Shown piece by piece: positions 1 to 11,201 of a DNA stretch of 64,000 nucleotides. The notes beneath the pieces are model-generated. The model was not told the origin of the DNA. It ran no database searches and was given only the letters and a program-made list of their open reading frames with translations. Positions within the stretch are counted from its first letter, which is position 1, and the number at the start of each line of letters is the position of its first letter. The stretch covers positions 2,238,151 through 2,302,150 of the forward strand of contig MU054001.1 of assembly GCA_013239625.1 (NCBI GenBank). Direction: 5' to 3'. Source of the stretch: Lama guanicoe. Lineage: Eukaryota. A program made the translations under genes and the position numbers.

Positions 1-220
1 AAGGGCTGGAAGCTGCAGAAATTTGAATAGAATCAGGACTCAAACCCCAGTTCTTTTGATTCCACATATTGTGCTTGCTAATTGGACACAAACTTTTCCT
101 TGCACTGGGTTAATTTAAAGATTTGTAAAATGAAAATACAAGTACTATTTTTATTGAAAAAAAAATCCAAGCATATGTGGCAATGTGCAGTTCAAACCCA
201 TGTTGTTCAAGGGTAAATTG
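1..220 (-). mobile_element. Tigger1-derived non-autonomous DNA transposon (MITE), truncated by the window start
   Basis: Ends in ttcaaacccatgttgttcaagggtaaattg followed by TA (221-222), the reverse complement of the Tigger1 terminus CAGTTGACCCTTGAACAAC. Internal sequence aligns with the copy at 44259-44575. Confidence 0.85.
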
Positions 221-234
221 TATATTATTTAATT

Positions 235-384
235 GTGTATTATCTGTTTAACGTCTTAGCCTCCATTAGACTGTAAGCATCAGAGGCATGGCACTTGATT
301 ACGTTTTTCTTAACTGTGTATCTCCAGCATCTGGTACAGTGTCTGGCACAGAGTAGGTGCTCAGTAATGAGTTATTGAATGAAT
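235..384 (+). mobile_element. L2 LINE 3' end
   Basis: ctagactgtaagc...tggcacagagtaggtgctcagtaa...tgaatgaat-type L2 terminus. Confidence 0.75.
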
Positions 385-537
385 ATAACTAAGACTTGAA
401 AGAGGAAAGATGCTTGCTACTCATTTTGCCCAGGGTCAGCTTTTCTTATATCACTTTTTTTGGCACAGGATTATCATCAAATATATTTGGATAGTGTCTC
501 TTTCTATACTTCCCTCTTGGATGTCTACTGTATAGGT

Positions 538-692
538 CAGCATACTAAAGGCTCTGAGAAGTCTTGCAGAGGTCCTTGTGGACTTGGCATTGTTATAAAA
601 ACTCCTTAATTCAATAAACTTTTCATTATCTAATACCTATTAAAATGCTAAAGAATTAGTACTCCATAGAACACAATCTGGGGAATGCTTCC
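538..692. mobile_element. hAT-Charlie DNA transposon fragment (MER103-like)
   Basis: aaaggctctgagaagtcttgcag motif; a related motif occurs in the opposite orientation at ~38560-38600. Confidence 0.45.
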
Positions 693-1394
693 CTAAGGTT
701 ATTTAGATTTGCTAATGGCTTACTTTAAGCCCTCTTTACCGGGCCAGTGGATATGGTTTTACAGGCTGTACCATGTATGATTCTAGGGGATGCCATTCAT
801 GGTGCAACCTATAAATAGTGATCCTGATTTTGTACCACCTACTCTGTTTCCCAAGTTAATTGCAATTCTTCTGAGAGCTGGAAATATATTTTCCATTTCC
901 CCCTTATACTCCTAGCAGCAAGAAGAGCTTTTTTTACACAATACAGAAGCTCCTTTTGGACTTATCTTTACAAAAATGATGGTTTCTCTGATACACTAGA
1001 GCAAGGATAACCTTAGGCTAAATTGTGTTGGAAGCAGATAATTTTTTCTTCTTTGCACCTCTCTTACCTATACCTCTCTTTCATTCCATTCATGAATCCT
1101 TCTATGATACCTTTTTCCTTCCACCTCAATCAAAAGAAAATTTGCATCAACCATTTACACTTTAGTCTGAATTGTCTCCTCTCTCCTAGAGGTATTTGTA
1201 CCTTAAGCTTTATCTTCTATCATGAAAGGAAAGCTTCATACCTTTGTTAAAGTTATCCCAGGTATTGGAGAATCAGGAGGGGGCCACACTTGGGGCAGTG
1301 ACCCCCTACTTGCCAATCACAGGCTAGTTGCCAGTTTCACCTATGATTAGGACTAGCCCTGTTGTTTTTGCAGTTCTGTTCCCTTTAATGCTTC

Positions 1395-2270
1395 TTTTGT
1401 AAGCACACCCTGATTTTCCCTCCCCCACCTTCAGCCCATATGCTTAGATAGAGCTCCATGTCTGGGTCATGGATGTAGCACATCATTAGGCCGGTCCACA
1501 AATAGGATTCTTCTGGCCTGAGTAACTGGTTCAGGAATGATGCTTGATTGAATTAAAGCCCATGAGACATGATGAGGTTTTTGCTAGGAATGCCAGGAGA
1601 GCCATGGGCCCCTGGCATGAAAGCAGAGAGGACGTAGATTCTAGAGCAACTGGCACCATCTTGCTTCTATGTGGAACTGGAGGATGAAGCCAACACAGCC
1701 AAGACTCAGCTGAAAGAGAGAGACAGAGAGAGAGAGAGAGAGACTGAGTCCCCATGACTGAGTTCTCTCCTCCCTGCTGCTCAGGCAGTTCAGTAGCAAA
1801 GTTTGAGCAGAATATCCTGAGACAGTTTTTCCCATATCGTGGGTGGTAACCCACTGGTGAGTTTTAATAACAAATTCAGTGCATCACCAGGAGCATTAAA
1901 AAAACAAAAAGAATAACTGGGTTTTAATGAAATATATTTGCTGTTAAGAGATCAAAAATGTTTTAAAGCCACTGCTAGTAAGTGATCAATTTTTGTAACT
2001 TCTTCTTGTATGTAAAATAACTATTTTTAAAAATCCTGAAGGCATTTAAAAGTGACTTGTAATGATTGACATTGGTCATATCTGATGATGAACAAGGGAG
2101 GTAATAAATAAGAATATTTTCTATTAAAGAAGACAGAAGGGTACCGGTAGCCTGTCTTACTCCTGCCTTACCTCTGGTCTTTTCGACTGGGTTTGCCTAA
2201 TAATTTCCTTTCTGCTAAGTAGGTATGAGCTAGATTTTCTGTCAGTTGAAACCAAAGAAACCTAAAAATA
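1395..2270 (+). mobile_element. MaLR LTR (MLT1, old subfamily) interrupted by a probable hAT fragment at ~1820-2140
   Basis: tggttcaggaatg...gccatcttg-like...gaggatgaagccaacacag; 3' end ttttctgtcagttgaaaccaaagaaacctaa; (GA)n at ~1714-1743. Confidence 0.6.
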
Positions 2271-4066
2271 TTAGCCAAAGAGGCCCTCCTACCCCTTTAG
2301 GATTTATGAATTCCCTAACTACTTGAACTAAGGGTACATTTCAGGCCACCACTGTCAGAATAATGACAGAGAAATTAAAAAAAAAAACTTGGAGAGGGCT
2401 GTCTAACTTTGGAATACAAGTGCTACCTCTGGAGGAGAGACATGGTTAACTTTTCCTTTGGGTCTAGAAATATGTCAGCTCTGAGTTGACTTGTAGGAGC
2501 CATACTATTTCCTCAGAACAACCGAAAAGAAACCTAATTAACACATGGGCACAAACACACACATATTCATATGTTTGGGCAACATCAGGGAAGGCTGCTG
2601 AGAGGTTGGAAGGATGCCTCTCACATGCTCATGAAGCATGTGTGTGGCTTATGTCTGAGTGACTTTAGTCCAGAGAAGTACCGCAGTTTGTCCTGAAATC
2701 TTCCACTGGAAGGCCTGGCTGCTATTATAGATGGGATATATCCACATGGGCCAAGTGGCTGCCCCACCCTTGAACCTCTCCTAGGAAACAGTCACCTGCC
2801 AGCCTGGCCACTGTTTCGAGTTTTCTAAGAGCTTCCTTAGTTCTCTGTGTGTTTACTCCACCCTCAAGTTCCAAATATCGGATGGATTCTTATAGAGGAG
2901 GATACTGGACATTCTTTTCAGCTCACGAGCAGTGCAGGGTTATCTCTCAAAGAGGATGCCAGGTCCAGAAGTACTTATGTGCCTGAAGGAAACAGAAACA
3001 CACAGAAAACCCTGGGTGACATTTCCTTCTTTGTTTTCTGTGTAAGAGAGGAAGGCGGTTATTGTTCCAGGATCCTCCAGCAAAGACGTTAGAGCATCAG
3101 TTTTTCAAAACAAAGACACAAAGTAGGAAGGAATAAAGGGCATTTCAAAATAATTGGCAGGGAACCAGCAAAATCAAATAATAGTACTCCAAAATCCTCC
3201 TCCAAGTCTCAGTAATAACCTGGCAGGGCTTGAGTTCGGCAGCTCTGTTTGTTCAGTAGTTGTTTTATTATGTATTTTTATTGGTTATTTTTCCTTCGAT
3301 CCCCTGTTGATAGAGGGTACTTAACTGTTTATGAGTCTTGTTCAAGGGTGATGTTTTTGATTTCCTGCCTGGAATTCTAAGTGAATGGAGGCGAGTGGGG
3401 CGGAGGAGCGGGTCGCTAACACAGGCTGTAGGGCAGGAGGTGGAGTTTCTCTGTGTCGCTGAGCCAGGTCCTGCGTATTCGCATCACAGCATGTCACGCG
3501 ACTACCTGACCCTTTTAATGGTTCCCCCAGCCTCAGGATCCAGGCTCCAGACTGTGTGGCCTCTCCCCCCACCCCCGTCTCTCTTGCCACACAGTTCTGT
3601 TATTCCCACCGCCTCCCAAGCTCCAACTGCACTTGGCCTTTTCCCAATTTTTCAAAACAGCCATGATTCCTTCCTGCCAAGGGCTTAGCACATGCTGTTC
3701 CCTTTGTCTGGAACACTCCTCTGACCCCACTGATCTGGATGAGTCTCCCATGATACAGTCTCATAACTCCTTACACTTTTCCTTCACAGCTTTTGGGCTC
3801 AATTTGGGTTTCCTCTAAGCAGAACCAAGACAAGGATTTGGGAGGCGACCCCAGCACATGTGATGAGGGAGTGGGGAGAGGGGGCAGGAGAGAGAGGAGG
3901 GACAAAGAGTTGGTGGGTGAGTTACAGTTGTGGGGACCCTCTGAGAGTCTAGAATGGGGGTTGGCACACTATGACCCTGAAACCACCAGCCTGTTTTTGT
4001 AAATAAGATTATACTGGAACACAGCCATGTTCATTCGTTTATATACTATCTAGAGTAGAGTAGTTT

Positions 4067-4763
4067 GTTTGTTTGTTTGTTTGTTTTTGAGGGGGCAGGT
4101 AATTAGGTTTTCAAACTCTTCCAGAAGACTGAAAAGGAGGGAATACTCCCAAACTCATTCTATGAAGCCACCATCACCCTGATACCAAAACCAGCCAAAG
4201 ACATTACTAAAAAAGAGAATTACAGACCAATATCACTGATGAACATTGATGCAAAAATCCTTACCAAAATATTAGCAAATAGGATCCAACAGTACATTAG
4301 AAAGATTACACAGCATGATCAAGTGGGGTTCATCCCAGGGACACAAGGGTGGTTCAACATATGCAAATCAATCAGTGTAATACATCACATCAACAAGAGA
4401 AAGGACAAAACCCACATGATCATCTCAATAGATGCAGAAAAAGCATTTGATAAAATTCAACACCCACTTATAATAAAAATTCTCACCAAAGTGGGTATAG
4501 AGGAAACATATCTCAACATAATGAAAGCTATATATATAACAAACCTACAGCCAGCATAGTACTCAACGGTGAAAAACTCAAAAGCTTCCCACTAAAATCT
4601 GGGACAAGACAAGGCTGCCCACTATCACCACTCTTATTCAACATAGTCTTGGAAGTCCTAGCCACAGTATTTATTTATTTGTTTTAATGGAGGTACTGGG
4701 ATTGAACCCAGGACCTCGTGCATGCTAAGCACACACCCTACCAGTGAGCTATATCCTACTCTG
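4067..4763 (-). mobile_element. tRNA-derived SINE (camelid Vic-1-like), split by an L1 fragment (pieces 4067-4110 and 4668-4763)
   Basis: ggtaattaggttt | tatttattt...ggattgaacccaggacctcgtgcatgctaagc...gagctata; degenerate TSD tagagtagagtagttt (4051-4066) / tagagaagagtggttt (4764-4779). Confidence 0.85.
4111..4667 (+). mobile_element. LINE-1 ORF2 internal fragment (start of the reverse transcriptase region)
   Basis: Translates [27 protein letters not shown]...[15 protein letters not shown]...HDQVGFIPG...[14 protein letters not shown]...; after a 2-nt slip in the TA run at ~4530-4538 continues [13 protein letters not shown]...[22 protein letters not shown]. Confidence 0.97.
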
Positions 4764-5907
4764 TAGAGAAGAGTGGTTTTGACAGAGATTGAATGGCCTG
4801 CAAAGCCTAAAGTATTTAATATAAAATATGGCCCTTTGTGAAAAAGTTTGCTAACTCTGCTCTAGAACATACCTTAGAATTGTCCTATCAAGAGACAAGG
4901 AAGCTGGAGGGTTTCATCTACTCCCTTTTCTCATCGGCTGTGGGAGACATTAGTGCTTAGAGAGGGAAGCGGTCGGCTGGTAGGGGCATTGTGTCCCCCT
5001 GTCCACTGAAGCTGCAGGTGATCTCCCGGTAAAAAGAGGGGATGTTGGCGTGGTATCCATAGTACCTACTCTGGTACTTACCACAATTATAGTCAATTAA
5101 TTAGCTAACTAACTGTTATTACTTGTTTAGTGTCTGTCTACCTTGCTTCACTCTAAGCTCCATGAAGGCAGGGAACGTGTGGTCTCAATTTTATGTCACA
5201 TCTCCAAGGCTGGGGACAATGGTTGGTACCTAACAGCTAGTCAGCAACGTCTGTTGGCTGAATGATGAATGAATGAATGGTAGCAGATGCAGAAACCAGG
5301 ACTCAGGAGGTTATGTATCTTGGCTGAAGTAAAGGAGATTTGTGCCTAGGTGTTTTGACTGTAAACCTAGAACACTTTTCTTTTCACAAGACAGAGTATA
5401 ATGAATTGCTCAGTGTGTTTGGATGATGAGCCCAGGAAGGAAGAGAATAATGAGGGTTAAATAATCATGGAGGAGGTGGGCCAAGTAGAATAAACGAGTT
5501 TTTGCAGAAAGGATCCCTTCAATGGAGTTTCCAGGAAAGGTAGGGAAAGGCAGGCCTCCAAATGGGAAATAGCAGAAGCAGCTGCACAAAAGTCCAGCTG
5601 GAAAGGGTGTGATGTCAGTGGGGGACTGAGGAAGCTAGCATCCCACAAGCAGAATGCAGGAGTAATCAAGGTTGGATAGGTGAGGGAGAGGCCAGTCATG
5701 GTGGGACTGGCTTGTGATACAGTACATGGTCTTCATGTGAAAAATGAAAGTATTATTTTAGAAATGAGACTTCCTTAGCTTATTCTTCTAGCAGATCTGG
5801 AATACTACTGTAAGGTGCTGCTTGGAGGTGTGCACAAAATTTCAGCAGGGAGGGATCCAGAGCCATCAGCCAACTCACACACCTTAATGACTCTAAATCA
5901 CTGGTTT

Positions 5908-6995
5908 GCAACATCATTAATCACCAGGGAAATGCAAATTAAAACCACAATGAGATATCACCCCACACCTGTCAGAATGGCTGTAACAAGTGTTGATGAG
6001 AATGTGAGAAAAGGAAGCCCTCATGTACTGTTGATGGGAATGTAAACTGGTGCACCCACTATGGGAAAAAGTATGGGGCAGTTCCTCAAAAATTTAGAAA
6101 TAAAACTACCATATGATCCAGCAATTCCACTTCTGGACATTCATTGAAATAAAACAAAAACACTAATATGAAAAGATGTATGTACTCCTACATTCACTGA
6201 AGCATTATTTACAATATCCAAGATATGGAAACAACCTAAGTGTCCATCAATGAATGAATGGATAAAGAAAATGTACTCTCTCCCCCCCCCTTTAATATAT
6301 ATACCTATATATAGAATGGAATATTACTCAGCCATAGAAAGAATGGAATTTTGCCATTTGTGACTACATGGTTGGACCTTGAAAATGTTATGCTAAGTGA
6401 AGCAAGTCATCTAGAGAAAGACAAATATTGTATAAGTTCACTTTTATGTCAAACAGGAGGGGGAGGGTATAGCTCAGTGGTAGAGTGCATGCTTAGGGTA
6501 CACAGGTCCTGGGTTCAATCCCCAGCACTTCCATGAAAAAATAATAATAAATAAACCTAATTACTCTTCCCCAAAATTTTAAAAAATAGAATCAAAAGCA
6601 AAAGAAACAAACAGAACTCATAGAAACAGAGAATAAATTGATGGTTGCCAGAGGGAACTGGTGTTGGGTGATGGGCAAAATGGGTGATAGGGATTAAGAG
6701 GTACAAACTTCCAGTTATAAAATAAATAAGTCATGTGGATGCAATGTACAGCATGATAGTCAATAATCAAGCTATAGTCAATAATACTGCAGTGCAAATT
6801 TGAAAGTTGCTAAGAGAGTAAATATTAGAAGTTCTCGCAAGAAAAAACTTTTTTTGTAACTTTATATGGTGACAGTTGGTAGCTAGACTTCTTGCAGTGA
6901 TCATTTCACAATATATACAAATGTTGATTCATGTTGTAAACTTGAAACTAGTAAGATGTTGCATGTCAATTTTACTTCAGTTGGAAAGAAAGAAA
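5908..6995 (+). mobile_element. LINE-1 3' end (ORF2 C-terminus and 3' UTR, L1M-type), interrupted by a SINE
   Basis: SLITREMQIKTTMRYHPTPVRMA; ccatatgatccagcaattccacttctgg; typical 3' UTR ending in an A-rich tail. Confidence 0.92.
6459..6587 (+). mobile_element. tRNA-derived SINE (Vic-1-like)
   Basis: ggggagggtatagctcagtggtagagtgcatgctt...gggttcaatccc (Pol III A/B boxes), aaataaacctaattac, A tail. Confidence 0.9.
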
Positions 6996-7111
6996 TTATT
7001 GATTTGCACTGTGGTTATGTAAATGGAAACATGTAAGAGGAGAGTCAGGCAAACTTTAATAATACCTTACATTCATTAAGTGCTCATCCCACTATCCCTT
7101 TCCCAGTGTGC

Positions 7112-7400
7112 TAATAATAATAATAATAATAATAATTAAAAATAATACTTCTTTAGCACTTACTAGGTTCCAGGCCCCATCTAACCTCTCCATATGAATT
7201 AAATTGTATTCACAACAACTTCATGAGGTAGATGGTACTATTGTCATGACTTTACTACTGAGGATATTAAGACACAGAGAGATTAGGTGCTTTCCCTAGG
7301 CCACTTAGCTTGTATGTAGTGGGGCTTGGATTCAAACCTAGGGAGCACGGAGGCAGAGCCCACGGACTTGACCCCCATAGACCACCACAGCACACTGCCT
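7112..7400 (-). mobile_element. MIR SINE with (TAA)n-expanded tail
   Basis: (TAA)n at ~7112-7135, then cacaacaacttcatgaggtag...ggattcaaacctagg (reverse-complement MIR). Confidence 0.75.
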
Positions 7401-7744
7401 TGGAGGGCGGGGGAGAAATCACACCTAGAGGCATTAAGTAAGAGCTGTTTGATTGTTTGTGTCCTTCAACATCTCTGGAAGTCTTAAATCCATAACTACT
7501 GGTTACGTATCTCCTTGGGGAAGATTTAACCTGGAATAGCATTTTCCTCCCAAAGGGAATATGATTGAGCGGTAAGCTGGGGCCAGCAGTGTTAGGACCA
7601 AAGTTACTGGCGGTAGAATTTTCAAAAGTCAAGTGTTATCATTAGGGCAATAGCTGGAGTTAACCCACACCTGTCCTTCTTCAGTCCCAACTGGTTACAG
7701 ATGTCCCAATCCCAGGGATATTTTTAGGTAGTCCCTGTTTCAGT

Positions 7745-8640
7745 TTAGGCTACTCCAAAGTGGCTCCAAAAGAACCAAAGGTTTAAGTGAGAGTAATTCA
7801 TTTCGGAGGTGCTGAGGACACCAGTGGGGCAGTAGGGAAGTCGATACAGGGAAGGGAAGGCAGCCAATAAAAGGTGCATTTTTAGATCAGCTACCACAGT
7901 GGGTGTCTGGAGCTTAGCTCTAGGAGGAACACATGGCCTCAGAATTACCCGACCCAAGGGGTGAGGGAGTGGGAAATTTATACACCAGCACTCAAGAATC
8001 ACTGGTTGAGGGCTTTTTCTGAGGTTGCAATTCAATTCCCTAGCACTTCTGGTCTGCTCTGCAAGGCAGCGCAGCCGTCTACAGATCTAGATGGACCTGA
8101 AGGACATTTTGCTAATGGGAAATATTTCAGATACAGAAAGACAAATACTGCATGATCTCATTTACATATAGAATATAAAAAATTTGAACTCATCAAAGCA
8201 GAGAGTAGAATGGTGGTCACTAGGTTCTGGGGGGAAGGGGAGAGGAAAATGGGGAAACATTTGGTCAAAGAGTACAAACTTTCAGTTACAAGATGAGTAA
8301 GTTCTGAGGCTGTAATGTGCAGCATGGTGATTACAGTTAGGAACACTGTATTGCATATAGTCGAAAGGAAGTAGATCCTAAGGGTCCTCACCACACACAC
8401 TCTCACAAATGTAACCATATGAGGTGATGGATATGTTAATTAGCTTGACTTTGATAATCATTTCCCAGGGTGTGTGTCTTTCAAATCATCACGTTGTACG
8501 CCTTAAGTATATACATTTTTTATTTGTCAATTATACCTCAATAAAGCTGGCAACAGTCTTCAGGCACAGAGATGCAGGCACTGGCAGCTGGAGGTCAACC
8601 AAGAAATATCTGTGGGCAGGTGGGCACTGCCAGGGCCGGT
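7745..8640 (-). mobile_element. ERVL LTR (LTR16-like) split by L1 (pieces ~7745-8075 and ~8550-8640)
   Basis: gggaagggaaggcagccaataaaaggtgc...ctcagaattacccgacccaagggg...tttatacacc; resumes caggcacagagatgcaggcactggcagctggagg. Confidence 0.65.
8080..8549 (+). mobile_element. LINE-1 3' UTR (L1MA/MB-type)
   Basis: agaaagacaaatactgcatgatctcattta...gagagtagaatggtggt...aattatacctcaataaagctgg. Confidence 0.9.
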
Positions 8641-8679
8641 GGGATCCCAGCTTTGGCTGAAGACAAGCAGTGTTGGGAG

Positions 8680-8790
8680 GTTTGGAGATGGACAGACCTG
8701 GGTTTTCACCCAGGTCCCACCACCTACACCACGACGTTGGACGAGTGGTTTCATTTCTCTAGGCCTCAGTTCCCTCTTTTATATGATGGA
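8680..8790 (+). mobile_element. MIR fragment
   Basis: cagacctgggtt...ctctaggcctcagttccctc. Confidence 0.55.
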
Positions 8791-9504
8791 GTGCTGGGCC
8801 TGACTCTAAAAAAAAAAAAAAAATGCAGCGTCTTATACTTCCTGATGATTTCCATTATTACCGAAAGTGACGTGTGCACGTGGAGGGAAGGGGACTTGGG
8901 AAGGAAAATGCCGGTCTCTGTGGTGCTTAGAGCAACTCAGCACATGCCAGACAATTTAGAGCTGTCAAAGGAACTCAAACAGCACGAGGCATTTTCTTCC
9001 TTTCCTCCCCCAAAAGGTCAAACATATGCTTCGAGTGGGACATTGCCTTCAATCATTTTCAAATAACAATTTGCCAGAACATTTTTATTAACCTTGAAAC
9101 TTGTCCAATCTGCCGAGGAATAATAGGCTACAGTGATATGGATGATAATAAAGTCCCAAACAAACCTGGCCAAAAAGTGACACATAGACTCTCTCTTTGC
9201 ACATAATTAAATGTTTTTTTTTTTAAAATGCCGAATGTGATCGACACACAGAGCTGGTCCTCCCTGGGGGAGGGTTCACATGGCAAACTGCCAATGGAGG
9301 TTGGAGGGCTTTGCTTTAATAAAGAGATAACGGCAATGTTTCCTTCCATAACCATGGCTCTGGGCTTGGAAGCCATCAGGTGTGGACCAGAGTGTGCTAG
9401 GGAGTTGGGTCCAGAAGCCAGAGGTGCAGATTAGGAAGGCCCCCTGCAGGAAGAAACTCCACAGGTGAGAGATTCTATGTCCTCACATGATCAGATGTGA
9501 GAGG

Positions 9505-9715
9505 GTGGCTGTCTTGGACTGGATCCCTTGGAAACAGATTTGCGTGCAGAAGGTTCCTGGGCAATGTTCTCAGGAGATGCTCCTGTAGAGAAGTGGGGAG
9601 AGGCAGGCAAAGGGAAAAGCTGGTCCTCTATATGTTCCAATGGAGGTGTTGGGTCCGATGGGGGCACTGGAACTGGGGTGGCCCTTCTGAGATGTCCCAA
9701 ATTGAGGCAAGGCAG
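9505..9715 (-). mobile_element. ERVL LTR fragment (LTR33/LTR16 group)
   Basis: gatttgcgtgcagaaggtt...ctcaggagatgctcctgt...gggaaaagctg. Confidence 0.5.
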
Positions 9716-9734
9716 CATAAGCCAATCTTTTAAA

Positions 9735-9910
9735 AAAACATTAAAAAAAATGTTGTCATTATAAAGGTGTAGTTGCCAAAGTGGGGGGATGGCACTTACT
9801 TTATTTAACAGCTTTTAGCTTGATTTATAGCTGTAAATATTCAGACATATGGTACGTGGGCTTCTATTTGTAGTCCTGCCCTAGGCCCTACAAATCAGGG
9901 AGGCAGCCTC
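9735..9910. mobile_element. hAT-Tip100-class DNA transposon end
   Basis: tatggtacgtgggcttctatttgtagtcctgccctaggccctacaaat terminal motif. Confidence 0.5.
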
Positions 9911-10019
9911 AAGGAAGGTGTTCAGTGCAGAAGCTTTGAATCTACGTAGGTGGGTACAGGTGTGGAGTTAGCACGAATAAGGAGAGGAGGTTCTGCCATT
10001 TGCTGGCTAAGTGACTCTG

Positions 10020-10170
10020 TAGGCAGACACTGTTATTATTCCCCCTCTTTCCCAGATAGGGATGTGGAGAATCTGAGAGCTTTATTTTCTTGTTCAAATC
10101 ATGCAGCTAATAAGGGGTAGAGCCAGGCCTGGAACTAGACAACTGAATCCAGGGCCTGTGCTCTCCATGG
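10020..10170 (-). mobile_element. MIR fragment
   Basis: gttattattcccc...cagatagggatgtggag...cagctaataaggggtagagccagg. Confidence 0.6.
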
Positions 10171-10467
10171 CTCTGTGAACAAGGCCAAGCTGAACTCTAG
10201 TCTGTCCAGTAGATGTGTGCACTGGGCCCACCTCTCTGCTTGCTGAAATACTCTTTGAATTTTCAGGTCTGTGCAGATGTCACCTCCTCCATGAAGCCTT
10301 CTCTGATATTCCTCTGCCACATTTCTTCACTTTGAGTGTGTCTTTCTTAGATATAAACTTACATACCCTGATTAATATTTAAATTGCCTTTGTGTGTATC
10401 TTATTTCCAGGGCCAGAATATAAGTTTCCTGGTGCCAGGGAGTCAATCATATTCACCTCTGTATTCC

Positions 10468-10985
10468 TTCATGTTAGTTTTCTCTTGCTTTGTAACAAAG
10501 TTCCATGAACTTAGCAGCTTAAAACAACCCAAAGTGACTATCTCACAGCTTCTGTGGGTCAGAAGCCTGGGCTTGGGTTCCTCTTGTAAGCCCACTAGTT
10601 GCTGGCTGGATTCATTTCTTTGCACATGTGGGACTGATGTCCCCACTCCTGTTAGTTGTCAGCTGGGAACTGCCCTCAGCTTCGAGTCTGCCCCCGCCAG
10701 TTCCTTGGCCCTGTGGCCCCCATTTGCAGTTCCCAACATGGATGTTTGGCTAGCCGGAGCACATCTCTCTCTCTCTGCAACCAGCTGAAGAAAACTCTGA
10801 TTTTAAAGCAGTCACATGACTAGGTCAGGCCCACCCAGGGTCATCTCCCTTTGGCAATAGACTGTAACCATCACAGAAGTGATAATGTGATATAATCGTA
10901 TTCACAGGTTCAACTTACAGTCAAAGGGGATGGGGCTCCTACAAACGGGAGGGTCATTGGGATCATCTTAGAATCTCCTGCTCCA
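10468..10985 (-). mobile_element. MaLR LTR (MLT1E/F/G-like)
   Basis: ttgctttgtaacaaagttccatgaacttagcagcttaaaacaac...tctcacagcttctgtgggtcagaag...atcttagaat. Confidence 0.8.
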
Positions 10986-11201
10986 CCCTTCTACCACCTG
11001 AAATGTATACTGTGAAAGTTTGCAACGCAGGGAATGATTCCTCATGTAGGTAGTCACCCTTCCATTTTCCTAGTTCATTACCCTTGACCCGGGAGCACAC
11101 AAAAACTCAGGATGCCTGCATTCTTTCTGTCTGGGAGACCAAAGAAGAAACTTACATCAAAGAGGGAGGAAGTGATTTTGGTCCCTCTTATTCTCCTAAT
11201 C

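Larger units (their letters stand above)
3955..4859 (+). mobile_element. MER58A hAT-Charlie element split by a SINE
   Basis: gcctgtttttgtaaataa...ggaacacagccatg and gcaaagcctaaagtattt...aaaagtttgctaactctg; 8-bp hAT TSD gtctagaa (3947-3954) / ctctagaa (4860-4867). Confidence 0.85.
3790..5068 (-). mobile_element. ERVL LTR (LTR16-like) split by MER58A (pieces ~3790-3954 and ~4860-5068)
   Basis: tttgggtttcctctaagcagaaccaagacaaggatttg is the reverse complement of an LTR16-type 3' end; resumes ccttagaattgtcc...ggaagctggag. Confidence 0.6.
3545..5279 (+). mobile_element. L2 LINE 3' region split by nested insertions (pieces ~3545-3785 and ~5070-5279)
   Basis: gcacatgctgttccctttgtctggaacac upstream; taagctccatgaaggcaggg...tgaatgaatgaat downstream. 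Confidence 0.7.

Noticed and set aside
4239..4559. 106-aa ORF with reverse transcriptase motifs as a host or novel RT gene
   Set aside because: It is an internal LINE-1 ORF2 fragment with a frameshift, no promoter, and it ends before the catalytic YADD/FADD motif.
6459..6530. tRNA gene (A/B boxes; also at 13223, 38290, 51425, 4690)
   Set aside because: These are tRNA-derived SINE heads followed by an AT-rich tail, mostly with TSDs; I see no intact cloverleaf.
8572..9066. Longest ORF (164 aa); likewise 22250-22714 and 35007-35483
   Set aside because: They run through LTR, MIR or L2 remnants and A-runs, with no homology or exon structure; consistent with chance ORFs.
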